Part shown: in pieces, positions 27,039 through 36,620 of the stretch
Position numbering within the stretch: the first letter of the stretch is position 1
Layout of the letters: the number at the start of each line of letters is the position of its first letter
From: a virus
Taxonomy: Duplodnaviria; Caudoviricetes
Length of the DNA: 42,620 nt
Strand: one strand, 5' to 3'
IMG/VR virus record: IMGVR_UViG_3300043443_000649
Location: 1-42,620 of that record
The notes under the pieces: model-generated
Told to the model about the DNA's origin: nothing
Database searches by the model: none
What the model saw: only the letters and a program-made list of their open reading frames with translations
Program-made: the position numbers and the translations under genes

Positions 27039-27580
27039 TGTCCGAGATCGTCACGCTCGAGCCGCCTCAGGACCGGGCCGTGACGCTCGAGGAAGCGCGC
27101 CAGCAGCTGCGTATTGACACCCATGACGAGGATCTGCTGCTGGGCGCAAAGCTTGATGCAGCCCAGGCCGAACTGGAACTGCTGACCGGGCTTAAGCTTT
27201 GCCAGCAGACGCTCGAACTGCAGCTAGATGGCTGGCCGCAGGAAATCATCGTGACAGTTCGCCCGGTGACTGTTGCCGAGATCCGCTACACGGCGGCAAA
27301 TGGTGCGACGGCAACTCTGCCCGAGGCGGACTATGTCGCCCGGCGGCGTAACGGGTTCACTCGCATCCGCCCGGCCTCAAACAAATCTTGGCCGACATTG
27401 GCCGACGACGGTCTCATTCGCATCACCTTGTCAGCCGGATTTGCCGATACCGACCCCGATCTCCAGATCGCCCGGGCTGCAATCTTGGTCAAAACCGCCT
27501 CGATGTTCGAAAACCGCGAAGGCGCACCCTGTCTAGCCTTCGATACGCTGGTGGGGCAGCTCCAATGCCGCTGGATCTAG
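27038..27580 (+). CDS. Head-tail connector (adaptor)
   Basis: VTLEEARQQLRID..DEDLL and FENRE motifs. Confidence 0.88.
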   Translation: MSEIVTLEPPQDRAVTLEEARQQLRIDTHDEDLLLGAKLDAAQAELELLTGLKLCQQTLELQLDGWPQEIIVTVRPVTVAEIRYTAANGATATLPEADYVARRRNGFTRIRPASNKSWPTLADDGLIRITLSAGFADTDPDLQIARAAILVKTASMFENREGAPCLAFDTLVGQLQCRWI

Positions 27581-27918
27581 CCTCCAAGCTCGACACTCGG
27601 ATCCGGATCGAGCGGAAGGTAGTGGCCCGCGACCCGCAATACGGCACTGAAGCCGTCACCTGGACCGAATTTGCCTGTGTCTGGGCCGAGGTGAAGGACA
27701 TTCTGCCCTCACGGGCCGAGCGATTGGCGGACAACATCCAGATCGCCCGCCGGCCATCGCGCATCCGCATCCGCTATCTCGCCGGTATTTCGGCGGACAT
27801 GCGAATTATCATCGATAACCGCACCCATCAGATCATTTCTGGTCCGGCAATGCTGGGTCGTCGAGAGGCCATGGAGATCATGGTCGAAGAATTGAGCAGC
27901 GAAGGAGAAGCCCCATGA
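27565..27918 (+). CDS. Head closure (stopper) protein
   Basis: LDTRIRIER, VWAEV and IRIRYLAGISADMRI motifs. Confidence 0.85.
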   Translation: MPLDLASKLDTRIRIERKVVARDPQYGTEAVTWTEFACVWAEVKDILPSRAERLADNIQIARRPSRIRIRYLAGISADMRIIIDNRTHQIISGPAMLGRREAMEIMVEELSSEGEAP

Positions 27919-28478
27919 CTATCAGGCTCAAGGGCGGCCCCGAACTGCTGCGTCTGCTGGACGAACTGCCCAAGAACCTCGAGCGCAACGTCATCCGCGG
28001 GGGGCTGCGCGCCGGGGCCAAGGTTATCCAGCAGCAGGCCAAGGCTAATGTTCCGGTCCGCACCGGCAAACTCAAGAAGACGATCGGGATTGGCACGCGG
28101 ACTGATGGGTCGAAGCTCTCATCTTACGTCAAACTGCGGGGCAGCGGCTCTTATCTCGGGCTCTTCGTCGAATATGGCGTTGCGCCCCACCTGATCTCGG
28201 TGTCCGAGGCCGACAAGCCGGTGCGTCAGACCCGGCATGGCCCGCGCGCTGTCTCAATCGGCACGATGAACAAGATGCTCAAGCGCGGCAGCCTCAAGAT
28301 CGGCGAGAACTTTGTCGGGCCCGTTGTCATGCACCCCGGCCACGCCGCCAGGCCGTTCCTGCGACCCGCGCTCGATCAGAAGGCTGAAGAAGCGGTCAAT
28401 GCGATGGGGGCCTACATCGCCCACCGCGTGCAGATCGGCGATCTTCGCGCTCCGACCCTTGAGGTCGATGAAGAATGA
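27915..28478 (+). CDS. HK97 gp10-like neck/tail protein
   Basis: PVRTGKLK, FVEYG and HPG..ARPFLRPALD motifs. Confidence 0.85.
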   Translation: MTIRLKGGPELLRLLDELPKNLERNVIRGGLRAGAKVIQQQAKANVPVRTGKLKKTIGIGTRTDGSKLSSYVKLRGSGSYLGLFVEYGVAPHLISVSEADKPVRQTRHGPRAVSIGTMNKMLKRGSLKIGENFVGPVVMHPGHAARPFLRPALDQKAEEAVNAMGAYIAHRVQIGDLRAPTLEVDEE

Positions 28479-28894
28479 ACGGGGTCATTGCGGTCCGCTT
28501 GCTCCTGGTGGCGGACACTGGGCTGACGGCGCTCGTTCCAGAGGCGCGGATCGCGGCTGGTAGCCTGCCGCAAGGCACAGCGCTCCCGGCAATCTCGCTG
28601 ATGTCGGTCAACAGTGTCGATCGCAACATCCCTGCGCCGGGCACGAAGCGCCGCGTCACCGAGCGCGTTCAGGTGACTGTGCTGGCGCGCACCTATCCCG
28701 AAACCAAGTCCATTCTTTCCGCGATCCGCACGGCGGCCGCCGACAAGATGCCCCAGATCGACGGGCTGACCGACGTCACCGTGCACACCGATTCCGCCGG
28801 GCCTGATTTCCTCGACGAGGAGACCGGCATCCACATGCAAAGCCAAGATTTTCGCGTTGCATTCAACGAGGCAAGGTTAGCCTCACCTTCATAA
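28475..28894 (+). CDS. Tail terminator (DUF3168-like)
   Basis: Position; RVQV.V.A.TY pattern. Confidence 0.75.
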   Translation: MNGVIAVRLLLVADTGLTALVPEARIAAGSLPQGTALPAISLMSVNSVDRNIPAPGTKRRVTERVQVTVLARTYPETKSILSAIRTAAADKMPQIDGLTDVTVHTDSAGPDFLDEETGIHMQSQDFRVAFNEARLASPS

Positions 28895-28905
28895 GGACCT
28901 AGATT

Positions 28906-29367
28906 ATGACCGTTCGGACTTCCGCCGGCACCACTCTGAAGGTGTCGGCCTCTACCCCTGCGACCTTCGATGCCACCGGCTACAACGCGCTTGCCATGAC
29001 CGTGGTTGGCGAAGTGTCCGACCTCGGCGAGTTTGGCCGCGAGTTCAATCTCGTGACCTTCAACCCCGTGGGCAGCCGCGGCGTCGTCAAGAAGAAGGGC
29101 AGCTTCAACCAGGGCACGATGCAGATCCAACTGGGTCTCGATACCGATGACGCCGGTCAGATCCTGCTGAAAACCGCTTCGCTGTCTGATGCGGATCACA
29201 GCTTCCTCGTCACCACCCAGAATGGCGACAAGTACTACTTCCAGGCGCAGGTCATGAGCTTCAAGGTCAACGTAGGCTCGGTCGATCAGATCACGACGGC
29301 CACTGTCCAGCTTGAGCTTACCACCAACTCCGCCGGTGTGGGCATCGTCGAGGTGCTGGCGCCCTAG
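28906..29367 (+). CDS. Major tail tube protein
   Basis: VGEVSDLGEFG..KKKGSFNQG..DAGQ motifs; position. Confidence 0.82.
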   Translation: MTVRTSAGTTLKVSASTPATFDATGYNALAMTVVGEVSDLGEFGREFNLVTFNPVGSRGVVKKKGSFNQGTMQIQLGLDTDDAGQILLKTASLSDADHSFLVTTQNGDKYYFQAQVMSFKVNVGSVDQITTATVQLELTTNSAGVGIVEVLAP

Positions 29368-29388
29368 TGATTACATTCTGATCAATGA

Positions 29389-29418
29389 TTGACATTTTGA
29401 GGGTAGAGTGAACATATG
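29389..29418 (+). promoter_or_regulatory. Promoter for xre-res TA operon
   Basis: TTGACA-N18-CATATG, followed by AAGGAG RBS. Confidence 0.5.
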
Positions 29419-29438
29419 GGCCTCAAGGAGACATTGAC

Positions 29439-29825
29439 ATGCAAGCCGCACACACCGCCCGGCAGCTTGACCGCAAAGATCTGACTGGCCCTGCTCTCAG
29501 GACTTTTTTCAGGATTGCCGAGGCCTGGGGGCTGAAAGAGCAGGAGCAGATGCGCATTCTGGGCCTCGACAGTCGCTCCACCCTTCAGTCGTGGAAGCGG
29601 GGGGCGGTGGCTGCCATTCCCAAGGACGCGCTCGAGCGCATTTCCTACGTCATGGGCATCTACAAGGGATTACAGATCCTGCTCCCAAAAACTGCAAACG
29701 AATGGGTGCGTAAGCCAAACCAGGCGAGTATCTTTGGTGGCCGCCCAGCTGTTGATCGCATGACTTCAGGCAATGTCGCCGATCTCTATGTGGTGCGCCA
29801 GTATATCGACGCCCAGCGCGGATGA
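29439..29825 (+). CDS. Xre/MbcA/ParS antitoxin
   Basis: FFRIAEAWGL, ERISYVMGIYKGL, WVRKPN..FGG and VRQYIDAQRG motifs. Confidence 0.9.
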   Translation: MQAAHTARQLDRKDLTGPALRTFFRIAEAWGLKEQEQMRILGLDSRSTLQSWKRGAVAAIPKDALERISYVMGIYKGLQILLPKTANEWVRKPNQASIFGGRPAVDRMTSGNVADLYVVRQYIDAQRG

Positions 29826-30505
29826 CCGATATCCCGATTGCCACGGTCGACTGGCGTCCCTGCTATCGGATCATCTCGAGCCGGTTCCCGCCAGTGGGGC
29901 TTTTCGATGCGGTTGCAGACCCTTATGATCTCGAGGCCGTTTTCCAGATCGAAGACATGACCAATGATCGCCTGCGGGACGAAGTTGGAGATATCTCGCT
30001 TGTTCTGCCAGAGGATCGGATTTCAGGGCCAGGCACCACGCCAATCATGGCCGCCTTTACGCATCTTAATGTCGAGGGTGATCGCTTCACAGACGGAACC
30101 TACGGGGTGTTCTACGCCAGTAATGACGTTAAGACCGCGGTCGAAGAAACCAAGCATCACCGTGCCCGGTTTATGCTGGCCACTAACGAGCCAGCGCAGG
30201 AACTCGACATGCGGGTCTATGCGGTCGATCTCCAGGCTGACCTCCATGACATCCGCACCATGCAGGCCAGTCATCCAGCCTGGTATCATCCGACCAGTTA
30301 CGCCATGTCGCAGGAACTGGCGCGCGGCCTTAGGGAAAACGGCTCCAACGGCATTGCCTACGCCAGCGTACGTATGGTTGGCGGTGAGTGCGTCGCGGTA
30401 TTCCGGCCCCGGCTGCTCTCCAACTGTCGGCAGGAGCGGCACCTTTGCTACGTCTGGGACGGGCAGTCGATTGCCATGATCTACGAAAAGAAGAACTTCG
30501 GCTAA
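29822..30505 (+). CDS. RES-domain toxin (NAD+ phosphorylase family)
   Basis: YRIISSRFPP, RFTDGTYGVFYA..TAVEET and GIAYASVR motifs. Confidence 0.9.
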   Translation: MTDIPIATVDWRPCYRIISSRFPPVGLFDAVADPYDLEAVFQIEDMTNDRLRDEVGDISLVLPEDRISGPGTTPIMAAFTHLNVEGDRFTDGTYGVFYASNDVKTAVEETKHHRARFMLATNEPAQELDMRVYAVDLQADLHDIRTMQASHPAWYHPTSYAMSQELARGLRENGSNGIAYASVRMVGGECVAVFRPRLLSNCRQERHLCYVWDGQSIAMIYEKKNFG

Positions 30506-30564
30506 CTGGTCAGCAATCGCCGCAATTTGTGCGGCGAATAGACCCCTCAATCACCGCATGAACC

Positions 30565-30595
30565 ACAGGCTTCCCGACAAGATCGGGAGGCCTGT
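30565..30595. terminator. Stem-loop after RES gene
   Basis: ACAGGCTTCCCGA-CAAGA-TCGGGAGGCCTGT; weak U-tract. Confidence 0.5.
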
Positions 30596-30629
30596 TCGTG
30601 CCTGTTATCCATAATGCAGGAGATACCCC

Positions 30630-31046
30630 ATGTTCGATATCACTACGCTTGCCGCGGCCGACACTTCGACCCTCGAGCTCGTCGGCGGCGACGATGCGCC
30701 GCTCTTCGACGAGAAGGGGGGGCGCCTCTCGATCACGGTCTATGGCCCGGGCTCGAAGGTCTACCAGCGCGCGCAGGCCCGTCAGCAGAACCAGTTGATG
30801 GACAAGATCAAGAAGCGCGGGAAGATGGATCAGTCGGCCGAAGAAAAGCTCGCCGAACAGGCTGATTTTCTAGCCGCTTGCACGGTCAGCTTCAACGGCT
30901 TCACCTATCCGCCTGCGGATGGCCTCGAAGGCCAGGAACTGTTCCGCAAGGCCTACGCCGACCCCTCGATCGGCTTCATCGCCACGCAAGTTGCAGCCCA
31001 CATCAATGACTGGGCAAATTTTACGAAGAGCTTGGCGGAGAGCTGA
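30630..31046 (+). CDS. Tail assembly chaperone (gpG equivalent)
   Basis: Position before the tape measure gene; ends W.NF at the slippery site. Confidence 0.82.
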   Translation: MFDITTLAAADTSTLELVGGDDAPLFDEKGGRLSITVYGPGSKVYQRAQARQQNQLMDKIKKRGKMDQSAEEKLAEQADFLAACTVSFNGFTYPPADGLEGQELFRKAYADPSIGFIATQVAAHINDWANFTKSLAES

Positions 31047-31501
31047 GCCTTTACGTCCGGCAACTGGCGTGGCTTGGCACGGCGCCCAAGCCGCGCACCA
31101 ACAAGCACACCAAGCACGACGCTGATGCTGAGCCGCTGACCCGGCTACAGCGCATGGCAATCGACGACCTCGCCCCCGACTTCCCACCGATCCGCACCCC
31201 ATGGGTGATCGACTGGCTCATGGAAGTAGGCCCGACTGATCCCGGTGCCATGGGCGCAGTTCCTATTTCATGGGGCTCCATCGAGCATTGGCAGCGCTGC
31301 ATGGGGCACGATCTCACCCCATGGGTCGCAAAGCTGCTGCGCCGTCTGTCAGTCGAGTTCGTCACTGAGACAGTCCGCGCGCGCGAACCTGATTGTCCGC
31401 CGCCATGGACGGCCACCGCCAGTCTCAACCGGGATGAAGTCTCCCGGAAGGTTACAAATGCCTTCCGGGCGATGATGCTGCCCAAGGAGCCTGCACCATG
31501 A
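31016..31501 (+). CDS. Frameshift extension of tail chaperone (gpGT equivalent)
   Basis: A AAT TTT heptamer at 31016-31022; the -1 frame is open through ORF 31154-31501. Confidence 0.78.
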   Translation, partial: KFYEELGGELSLYVRQLAWLGTAPKPRTNKHTKHDADAEPLTRLQRMAIDDLAPDFPPIRTPWVIDWLMEVGPTDPGAMGAVPISWGSIEHWQRCMGHDLTPWVAKLLRRLSVEFVTETVRAREPDCPPPWTATASLNRDEVSRKVTNAFRAMMLPKEPAP

Positions 31502-34500
31502 AAGCTGGCACCCTTGAGATTGAGATGATCACCAATGTCGCCCGTCTCCAGAAGGAGATGGCCGACATGAAGCGGACGGTGGCTGGCGCCATGGGCGATG
31601 TGGCGGACTCCGCTGCCCGGGCAGACAAGGCGCTGAATGCGGTTGGCGGCGGCGGTGTCACCCGCATGGGCGGCTCCGCCAAGCTTGCCGGCCACCACGT
31701 CCAGAACCTCGTCTATCAGCTGAATGACATGGTCGCCGGCCTGTTCTCCGGACAGAAGCCACTCACCGTGTTCATGCAGCAGGGCACCCAGATCGGTCAG
31801 ATCGGGATGCAGGCGGGTGTCGGGATTGGCGGCATGGCACGGGCACTGGTGGGTCTCGCGGCAAGTTCAGCTGCGGCAGCTCTTACCAATCCCTATCTTC
31901 TGGCCGCCGCCGCCGCAGCTGCGCTCGCGTTTGGCGCATTCAAAATGTTCCAGTCGAGCGTGAAGCAGACGGGCGAGCTCGACAAATATGCCCAGAGCCT
32001 CGGTCTCACCAAGAAGGAGATGGAGAAGCTGGGCCCAGTCGGGATCACCATCGGCGACACAATGAAGGGTCTCTGGAAGACTGTCTCCGATGGTCTCAAC
32101 CTCGGCTCGGCGTTCTCCACCCTCAAGGACTGGGCGGTGACCGCCTTCGAGGCTGTCATGCAGGTGGGCAAATACGCTATTGCCTTCATCTATGCAGGCT
32201 GGGTCGGCGGGTTCAACGCGATCAGGATTATCTGGTCCTCGCTCCCGGGCGTGATCAGCGAGGCTGCCGTCGGCGCAGCCAACCTTACGATTAGCGGCGT
32301 CGAGTTCATGGCAAACAAGGCGATCGCCGCCATCAATTGGTTGGTCGACCGGGTAAACCCACTTCTGGACCGGGTCGGGCTCTCCTCCATCTTGCGGATC
32401 GAGAGCGTTACTCTGCCGCGCATGGAGAACAGCTTTGCGGGCTCGACTGCGCGCATGGGCGCGCAGGTCCGCGGCGAGTTTGCCTCCGCGTTCGGCGATG
32501 CCATGTCAATGATGGACAGCTTCTCGGCCAAGTGGCGTGAGAACAGCATAGCGGCTGCCAAGGCCCGGCTCGCAGCCAAGGCCGAGGAAATCCGCGGCGA
32601 CAAGACCGACAAGGCCGCGAAGGGCCCCAAGACAACCGAGGCCGAAAAGGCGCTCAAGGCAGCCCAAGACTTTGCCCGCAATCTCGAGATCGAGACGGCC
32701 AAGATCGGCAAGACCCCGATCGAGATCAAGCGGATGGAAGTGGCGATGGCGGCTCTGAAGGCGCCGACCGATGAGGCGCGGCTCGCGATCCTTCAGGCCG
32801 GCGAAGCCTGGGAGCAGGCAACCAAGGCGCAGGCCGAGAAGGATTTTGTCCGCAACACTGTCGCCCCGCTCGAACTGCAGGTCGCGATGCTGGACAAATC
32901 GACCAAGGCGCAGGCGCTTGCCAATCTCGAAGCCGAGAAAGAGCAGATCGTCCTCGAACGCGGGGCGGCCGCCTGGGAACGATACCGCGCGGCCAAGACC
33001 GCGCTCATCGAGCATGACTTCGCCGTTCGGGGTCAGGAACAGTACCTCAAGAGCCTCGAAGATATGGTTTCGGCGACCGAGCAAGCCGCCCGGGGCATGG
33101 CCGATGCCTTCGGCTCAGTTGGGGGCGCGATCGGCGGCATCACGGTAGAGATTACGCGCTTTGCCTCCGAGCAGGCCGCCGCCGCCAAGCGCGTGGCTGA
33201 TGCCGAGCGGGAATACGGCAAGACCTCGTTCCAGTTTGCCGATGCCCGCACAGCGCAGGCCTCGGCCGAGATCAACCACTATGGCAACCTCGCGTCCGCC
33301 GCGAAGGGGTTCTTCAAGGAAGGGTCCGACGGCTACAAGGCGTTGCTCGCCGCCGAAAAGGTGTTCCGCGCTTTCGAACTGGCCATCGCCATCAAGAATG
33401 CGGCGGTGAAGATCGGGCTTATCGGCGCGCAGACTGCGGCAAAGGTCACCAGCGACACTGCCATGGCGGCTTCCGATACCGCGCGTGCCGGGGTCGAACA
33501 GGGCAACTCGATTATCACGACCGGCATCAAGGCGGTCGAAGCGGTGGTGAACGCGATCCGCTCGCTGCCGTTCCCGCTCAACATTGCAGCGGGCGCCATC
33601 ACTGCAGGCGTCATCGCCTCGCTTGGTATTGCGATCGGCGGTACCTTTGGCGGCTCGCAGAAGCTGCCGGCAGCCAATGAAGGGACTGGCACGGTGTTTG
33701 GCGATGCCAACGCCAAGTCCGAGAGCATCGCAAACGCTATCGATCACCTGCGCGAGGTCGATACGCTCACCATGCGCTACTCCGCCGCCATGCTGGCCGC
33801 GCTCAAAAATATCGAGGCCAACATTGGCGGCCTCACCAATCTCATCATCCGTACTGGCGGGATCGAAGCATCGGCCGCCGGGATCCAGACCGGCACGAAG
33901 CTGACAGGCCTGCTGGGCGCGACCACCTCGGTGCTCACCAGCGTCTCGAACTTCCTGGGCTCCAAGACCGGATCGCTGATTGGTGCTGGCATCGGCATGG
34001 CCATTGCCGGGCCCATTGGCGCTGCGATCGGGTTCCTTGGCGCCAAGCTGCTGGGTGGTCTCGGCAAAGTGCTCGGCAGCGTGGCCAATGCGCTCTTCGG
34101 GACCAAGACCAGCATTGTTGGCCAGGGCATCTACGGCGGTGCGCAATCGCTGGGATCGATCCTCTCGGGCGGCTTCGATGGCAGCTATTACACCGACATC
34201 AAGAAGACGAAGAAGTTCTTCGGGATCAGCGTAGGCTCGAGCTATTCGACTCAGTATTCTGCTGCGAGTGCCGAGCTCGAGCAGCAGTTTGGCCTGATCT
34301 TCCGCGGCTTCTATGACGCCATCTCGGCGACTTCCGGGCCCTTGGGGCTCTCGCTCGACGAGGTGCAGACGCGGCTGAATGGCTTTGTCATCAACATCGG
34401 CAAGATTGATCTGAAGGGCCTGACCGGTGACCAGATCCAGGAGAAGCTGACCGCCATCTTTGGCGCAGCCGCCGATAATCTTGCCCGATACGCCGTGCCC

Positions 34501-35691
34501 GGCCTCGAGCAGTTCCAGAAGGTTGGCGAAGGCTACTTCGAGACGTTGGTCCGCGTGGCCTCCAGCATCGAGGCGGTAACCTCGTCGCTGAGCCTGCTTG
34601 GCACATCGGTCGAGGGCCTGTCGCTGTCGGCCAAAATGAACCTGTTCGACTTGTTCGGCTCGGCCAGCGACATGGCGTCGGCCACCGGCGACTATTTCTC
34701 GCTCTTCTACACCAAGGCCGAACAGGCATCTGCCCAGACGGCGCAGATGGCGAAGATCTTCGAGAGCCTCGGCCTGACCTTGCCGGACAGCATCACGGGT
34801 TTCCGAGCGCTGGTCGAAGCACAGGATCTCACCACCGAGGCGGGCCGCGCAGCTTACGTCGCGCTGATCCAGCTTGCGCCTGCCTTTGCCGAAGTGATTG
34901 GCGCGGCGCAGAATGCAGCAAGTGCTGCGGCGATTGCGGACGAACGCCTGTCGCTCGAGCGCCAGCTGCTCGAACTGCAGGGCGATACAGCCGCGCTGCG
35001 GGCGCTCGATCTGGCTCAGCTTGATGCCTCCAATCAGGCGCTCCAGCAGCAGATCTGGGCGCTGCAGGATCAGCAAAAGGCGGCCGATGAAGCGGCTGCC
35101 GCAGCTGAGAAGCTACGTTCGGCATGGAGCCAGATCACTGACAGCCTGCTGTCCGAGGTTGCCCGTATTCGTGGGACCATGGATGGCGGGACCAAGAGCT
35201 ACGCGCAGGCGCTCTCCGAGTTCAATGTGGCTACCACCGCGGCGCGGGCCGGGGATCAAGAAGCGGCGAAGTCGCTGCCAGGGCTTAGCCAGACCCTGCT
35301 CACCGCGGCCGCTGATGCAGCGACCTCGGCGCAGGATCTCGCACGTATTCAGGGGCAGACGGCGGCCAGCCTTGAGCAGACCGTGGCGATCATCAATGCC
35401 ATGGCGGGGCTCAGCACGGACACCGCAGCCGCGGCAGCCCCCACATCGGCCGCGCCCTCCTGGTGGGAGCAGTTTGCTAGCACCCAGGCCGCGACCGCAA
35501 CCTCAGCCGCCAATGACAGCGCCACGGTGCTGATCGATGGGCTGGCGGCGCTCAAACAGGAGCTTTCCGACCTGCGCGATGAGCAGCGGATTGCGTCCGC
35601 CACCATCGCTTCGGGCACGAGCAAGACCGCCCGGATCCTCGAGCGGGTGACGCCGGATGGTGACGCGCTGGCCGTGAGGAGCGCAGCATGA
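31498..35691 (+). CDS. Tape measure protein with long C-terminal region
   Basis: 1397 aa, Ala-rich; QLND...GQKPLTVFMQQGTQI motif. Confidence 0.9.
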   Translation: MKAGTLEIEMITNVARLQKEMADMKRTVAGAMGDVADSAARADKALNAVGGGGVTRMGGSAKLAGHHVQNLVYQLNDMVAGLFSGQKPLTVFMQQGTQIGQIGMQAGVGIGGMARALVGLAASSAAAALTNPYLLAAAAAAALAFGAFKMFQSSVKQTGELDKYAQSLGLTKKEMEKLGPVGITIGDTMKGLWKTVSDGLNLGSAFSTLKDWAVTAFEAVMQVGKYAIAFIYAGWVGGFNAIRIIWSSLPGVISEAAVGAANLTISGVEFMANKAIAAINWLVDRVNPLLDRVGLSSILRIESVTLPRMENSFAGSTARMGAQVRGEFASAFGDAMSMMDSFSAKWRENSIAAAKARLAAKAEEIRGDKTDKAAKGPKTTEAEKALKAAQDFARNLEIETAKIGKTPIEIKRMEVAMAALKAPTDEARLAILQAGEAWEQATKAQAEKDFVRNTVAPLELQVAMLDKSTKAQALANLEAEKEQIVLERGAAAWERYRAAKTALIEHDFAVRGQEQYLKSLEDMVSATEQAARGMADAFGSVGGAIGGITVEITRFASEQAAAAKRVADAEREYGKTSFQFADARTAQASAEINHYGNLASAAKGFFKEGSDGYKALLAAEKVFRAFELAIAIKNAAVKIGLIGAQTAAKVTSDTAMAASDTARAGVEQGNSIITTGIKAVEAVVNAIRSLPFPLNIAAGAITAGVIASLGIAIGGTFGGSQKLPAANEGTGTVFGDANAKSESIANAIDHLREVDTLTMRYSAAMLAALKNIEANIGGLTNLIIRTGGIEASAAGIQTGTKLTGLLGATTSVLTSVSNFLGSKTGSLIGAGIGMAIAGPIGAAIGFLGAKLLGGLGKVLGSVANALFGTKTSIVGQGIYGGAQSLGSILSGGFDGSYYTDIKKTKKFFGISVGSSYSTQYSAASAELEQQFGLIFRGFYDAISATSGPLGLSLDEVQTRLNGFVINIGKIDLKGLTGDQIQEKLTAIFGAAADNLARYAVPGLEQFQKVGEGYFETLVRVASSIEAVTSSLSLLGTSVEGLSLSAKMNLFDLFGSASDMASATGDYFSLFYTKAEQASAQTAQMAKIFESLGLTLPDSITGFRALVEAQDLTTEAGRAAYVALIQLAPAFAEVIGAAQNAASAAAIADERLSLERQLLELQGDTAALRALDLAQLDASNQALQQQIWALQDQQKAADEAAAAAEKLRSAWSQITDSLLSEVARIRGTMDGGTKSYAQALSEFNVATTAARAGDQEAAKSLPGLSQTLLTAAADAATSAQDLARIQGQTAASLEQTVAIINAMAGLSTDTAAAAAPTSAAPSWWEQFASTQAATATSAANDSATVLIDGLAALKQELSDLRDEQRIASATIASGTSKTARILERVTPDGDALAVRSAA

Positions 35692-36581
35692 AGCTGCTGC
35701 GCCCGACCACATTGACAGACGCGATGCTCACCAGCAGCACCGCGGCTGAAAACGACTATCCAGTCTGGAGCTCAAGCACGGCCTATGCGGTTGGCGCCCG
35801 GGTTATCCTGACCACGCCGCACCGCAAATATGAGGCCTTGGCAGCTTCCACCGGCATTAACCCGGCAAGTGATCCGACCAAATGGCTGGATCTCGGCCCG
35901 ACCAACCGCTGGGCCATGTTCGATGCGCGTGTGGGCACGGCGACGACTCGGACAGGATCGCTGCAGGTCGTGCTGGCACCTGGCGCTGCCGATGGCCTGG
36001 CGCTGATCGATACCGACGCCGAAAGTGTCAGTGTCTCGCTCAGTGTTGGCGGCAGCGTGATTTACAGCAAGAGCCAGAGCTTCAACATCGGCGGCACGGC
36101 GATCGACAACTGGTTTTCGTGGTTCTTTGAGCCCTTGGGGCGCAAGTCAGGCATGCTGTTCCTCGACGTGCCGGTTTACGAAAGCGGGGTTCTGACCCTG
36201 ACATTGACCCGGGATAATCCCGCCGATGCGGTATCCTGCGGCACCCTGCTGGTCGGCCGCCAGTTCGACATTGGCGATACCGAGCACGGCGTCGATCTTG
36301 GGATCATCGATTATTCGAGGAAAGAAACCGACCAGTTCGGGGTGACCTCGGTGGTCGAGCGCGCCTTTGCCAAGCGCATGAACGCCCGGGTCGTCATGCA
36401 GACCAGCGCCGTTGATGACGTGCACCGCACCCTTGCCTCCATCCGCGCGACACCGGTGCTGTGGATCGGCTCGGAGAGCTTTGAGAGCCTCACCGTCTTT
36501 GGCTTCTACAAAGAGTTTTCGATCGACCTGGCCTACCCGACGCTGAGTTACTGCAGCCTGACAATCGAGGGCCTGACCTGA
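35688..36581 (+). CDS. Tail tip/distal tail structural protein
   Basis: Coupled to the tape measure gene; W.SSTAYAVG repeat-like motif; IIDYSRKETDQFG. Confidence 0.65.
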   Translation: MKLLRPTTLTDAMLTSSTAAENDYPVWSSSTAYAVGARVILTTPHRKYEALAASTGINPASDPTKWLDLGPTNRWAMFDARVGTATTRTGSLQVVLAPGAADGLALIDTDAESVSVSLSVGGSVIYSKSQSFNIGGTAIDNWFSWFFEPLGRKSGMLFLDVPVYESGVLTLTLTRDNPADAVSCGTLLVGRQFDIGDTEHGVDLGIIDYSRKETDQFGVTSVVERAFAKRMNARVVMQTSAVDDVHRTLASIRATPVLWIGSESFESLTVFGFYKEFSIDLAYPTLSYCSLTIEGLT

Positions 36582-36620
36582 GCCGTTCAGGCCTGATCTC
36601 TCCCGTTTGAGGGACTTTCC

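Noticed and set aside
33115-35076. Long antisense ORFs (653 aa here; also 25103-26791, 39152-40594, 5948-7057)
   Set aside because: Shadow frames of GC-rich genes with strong codon bias; no motifs
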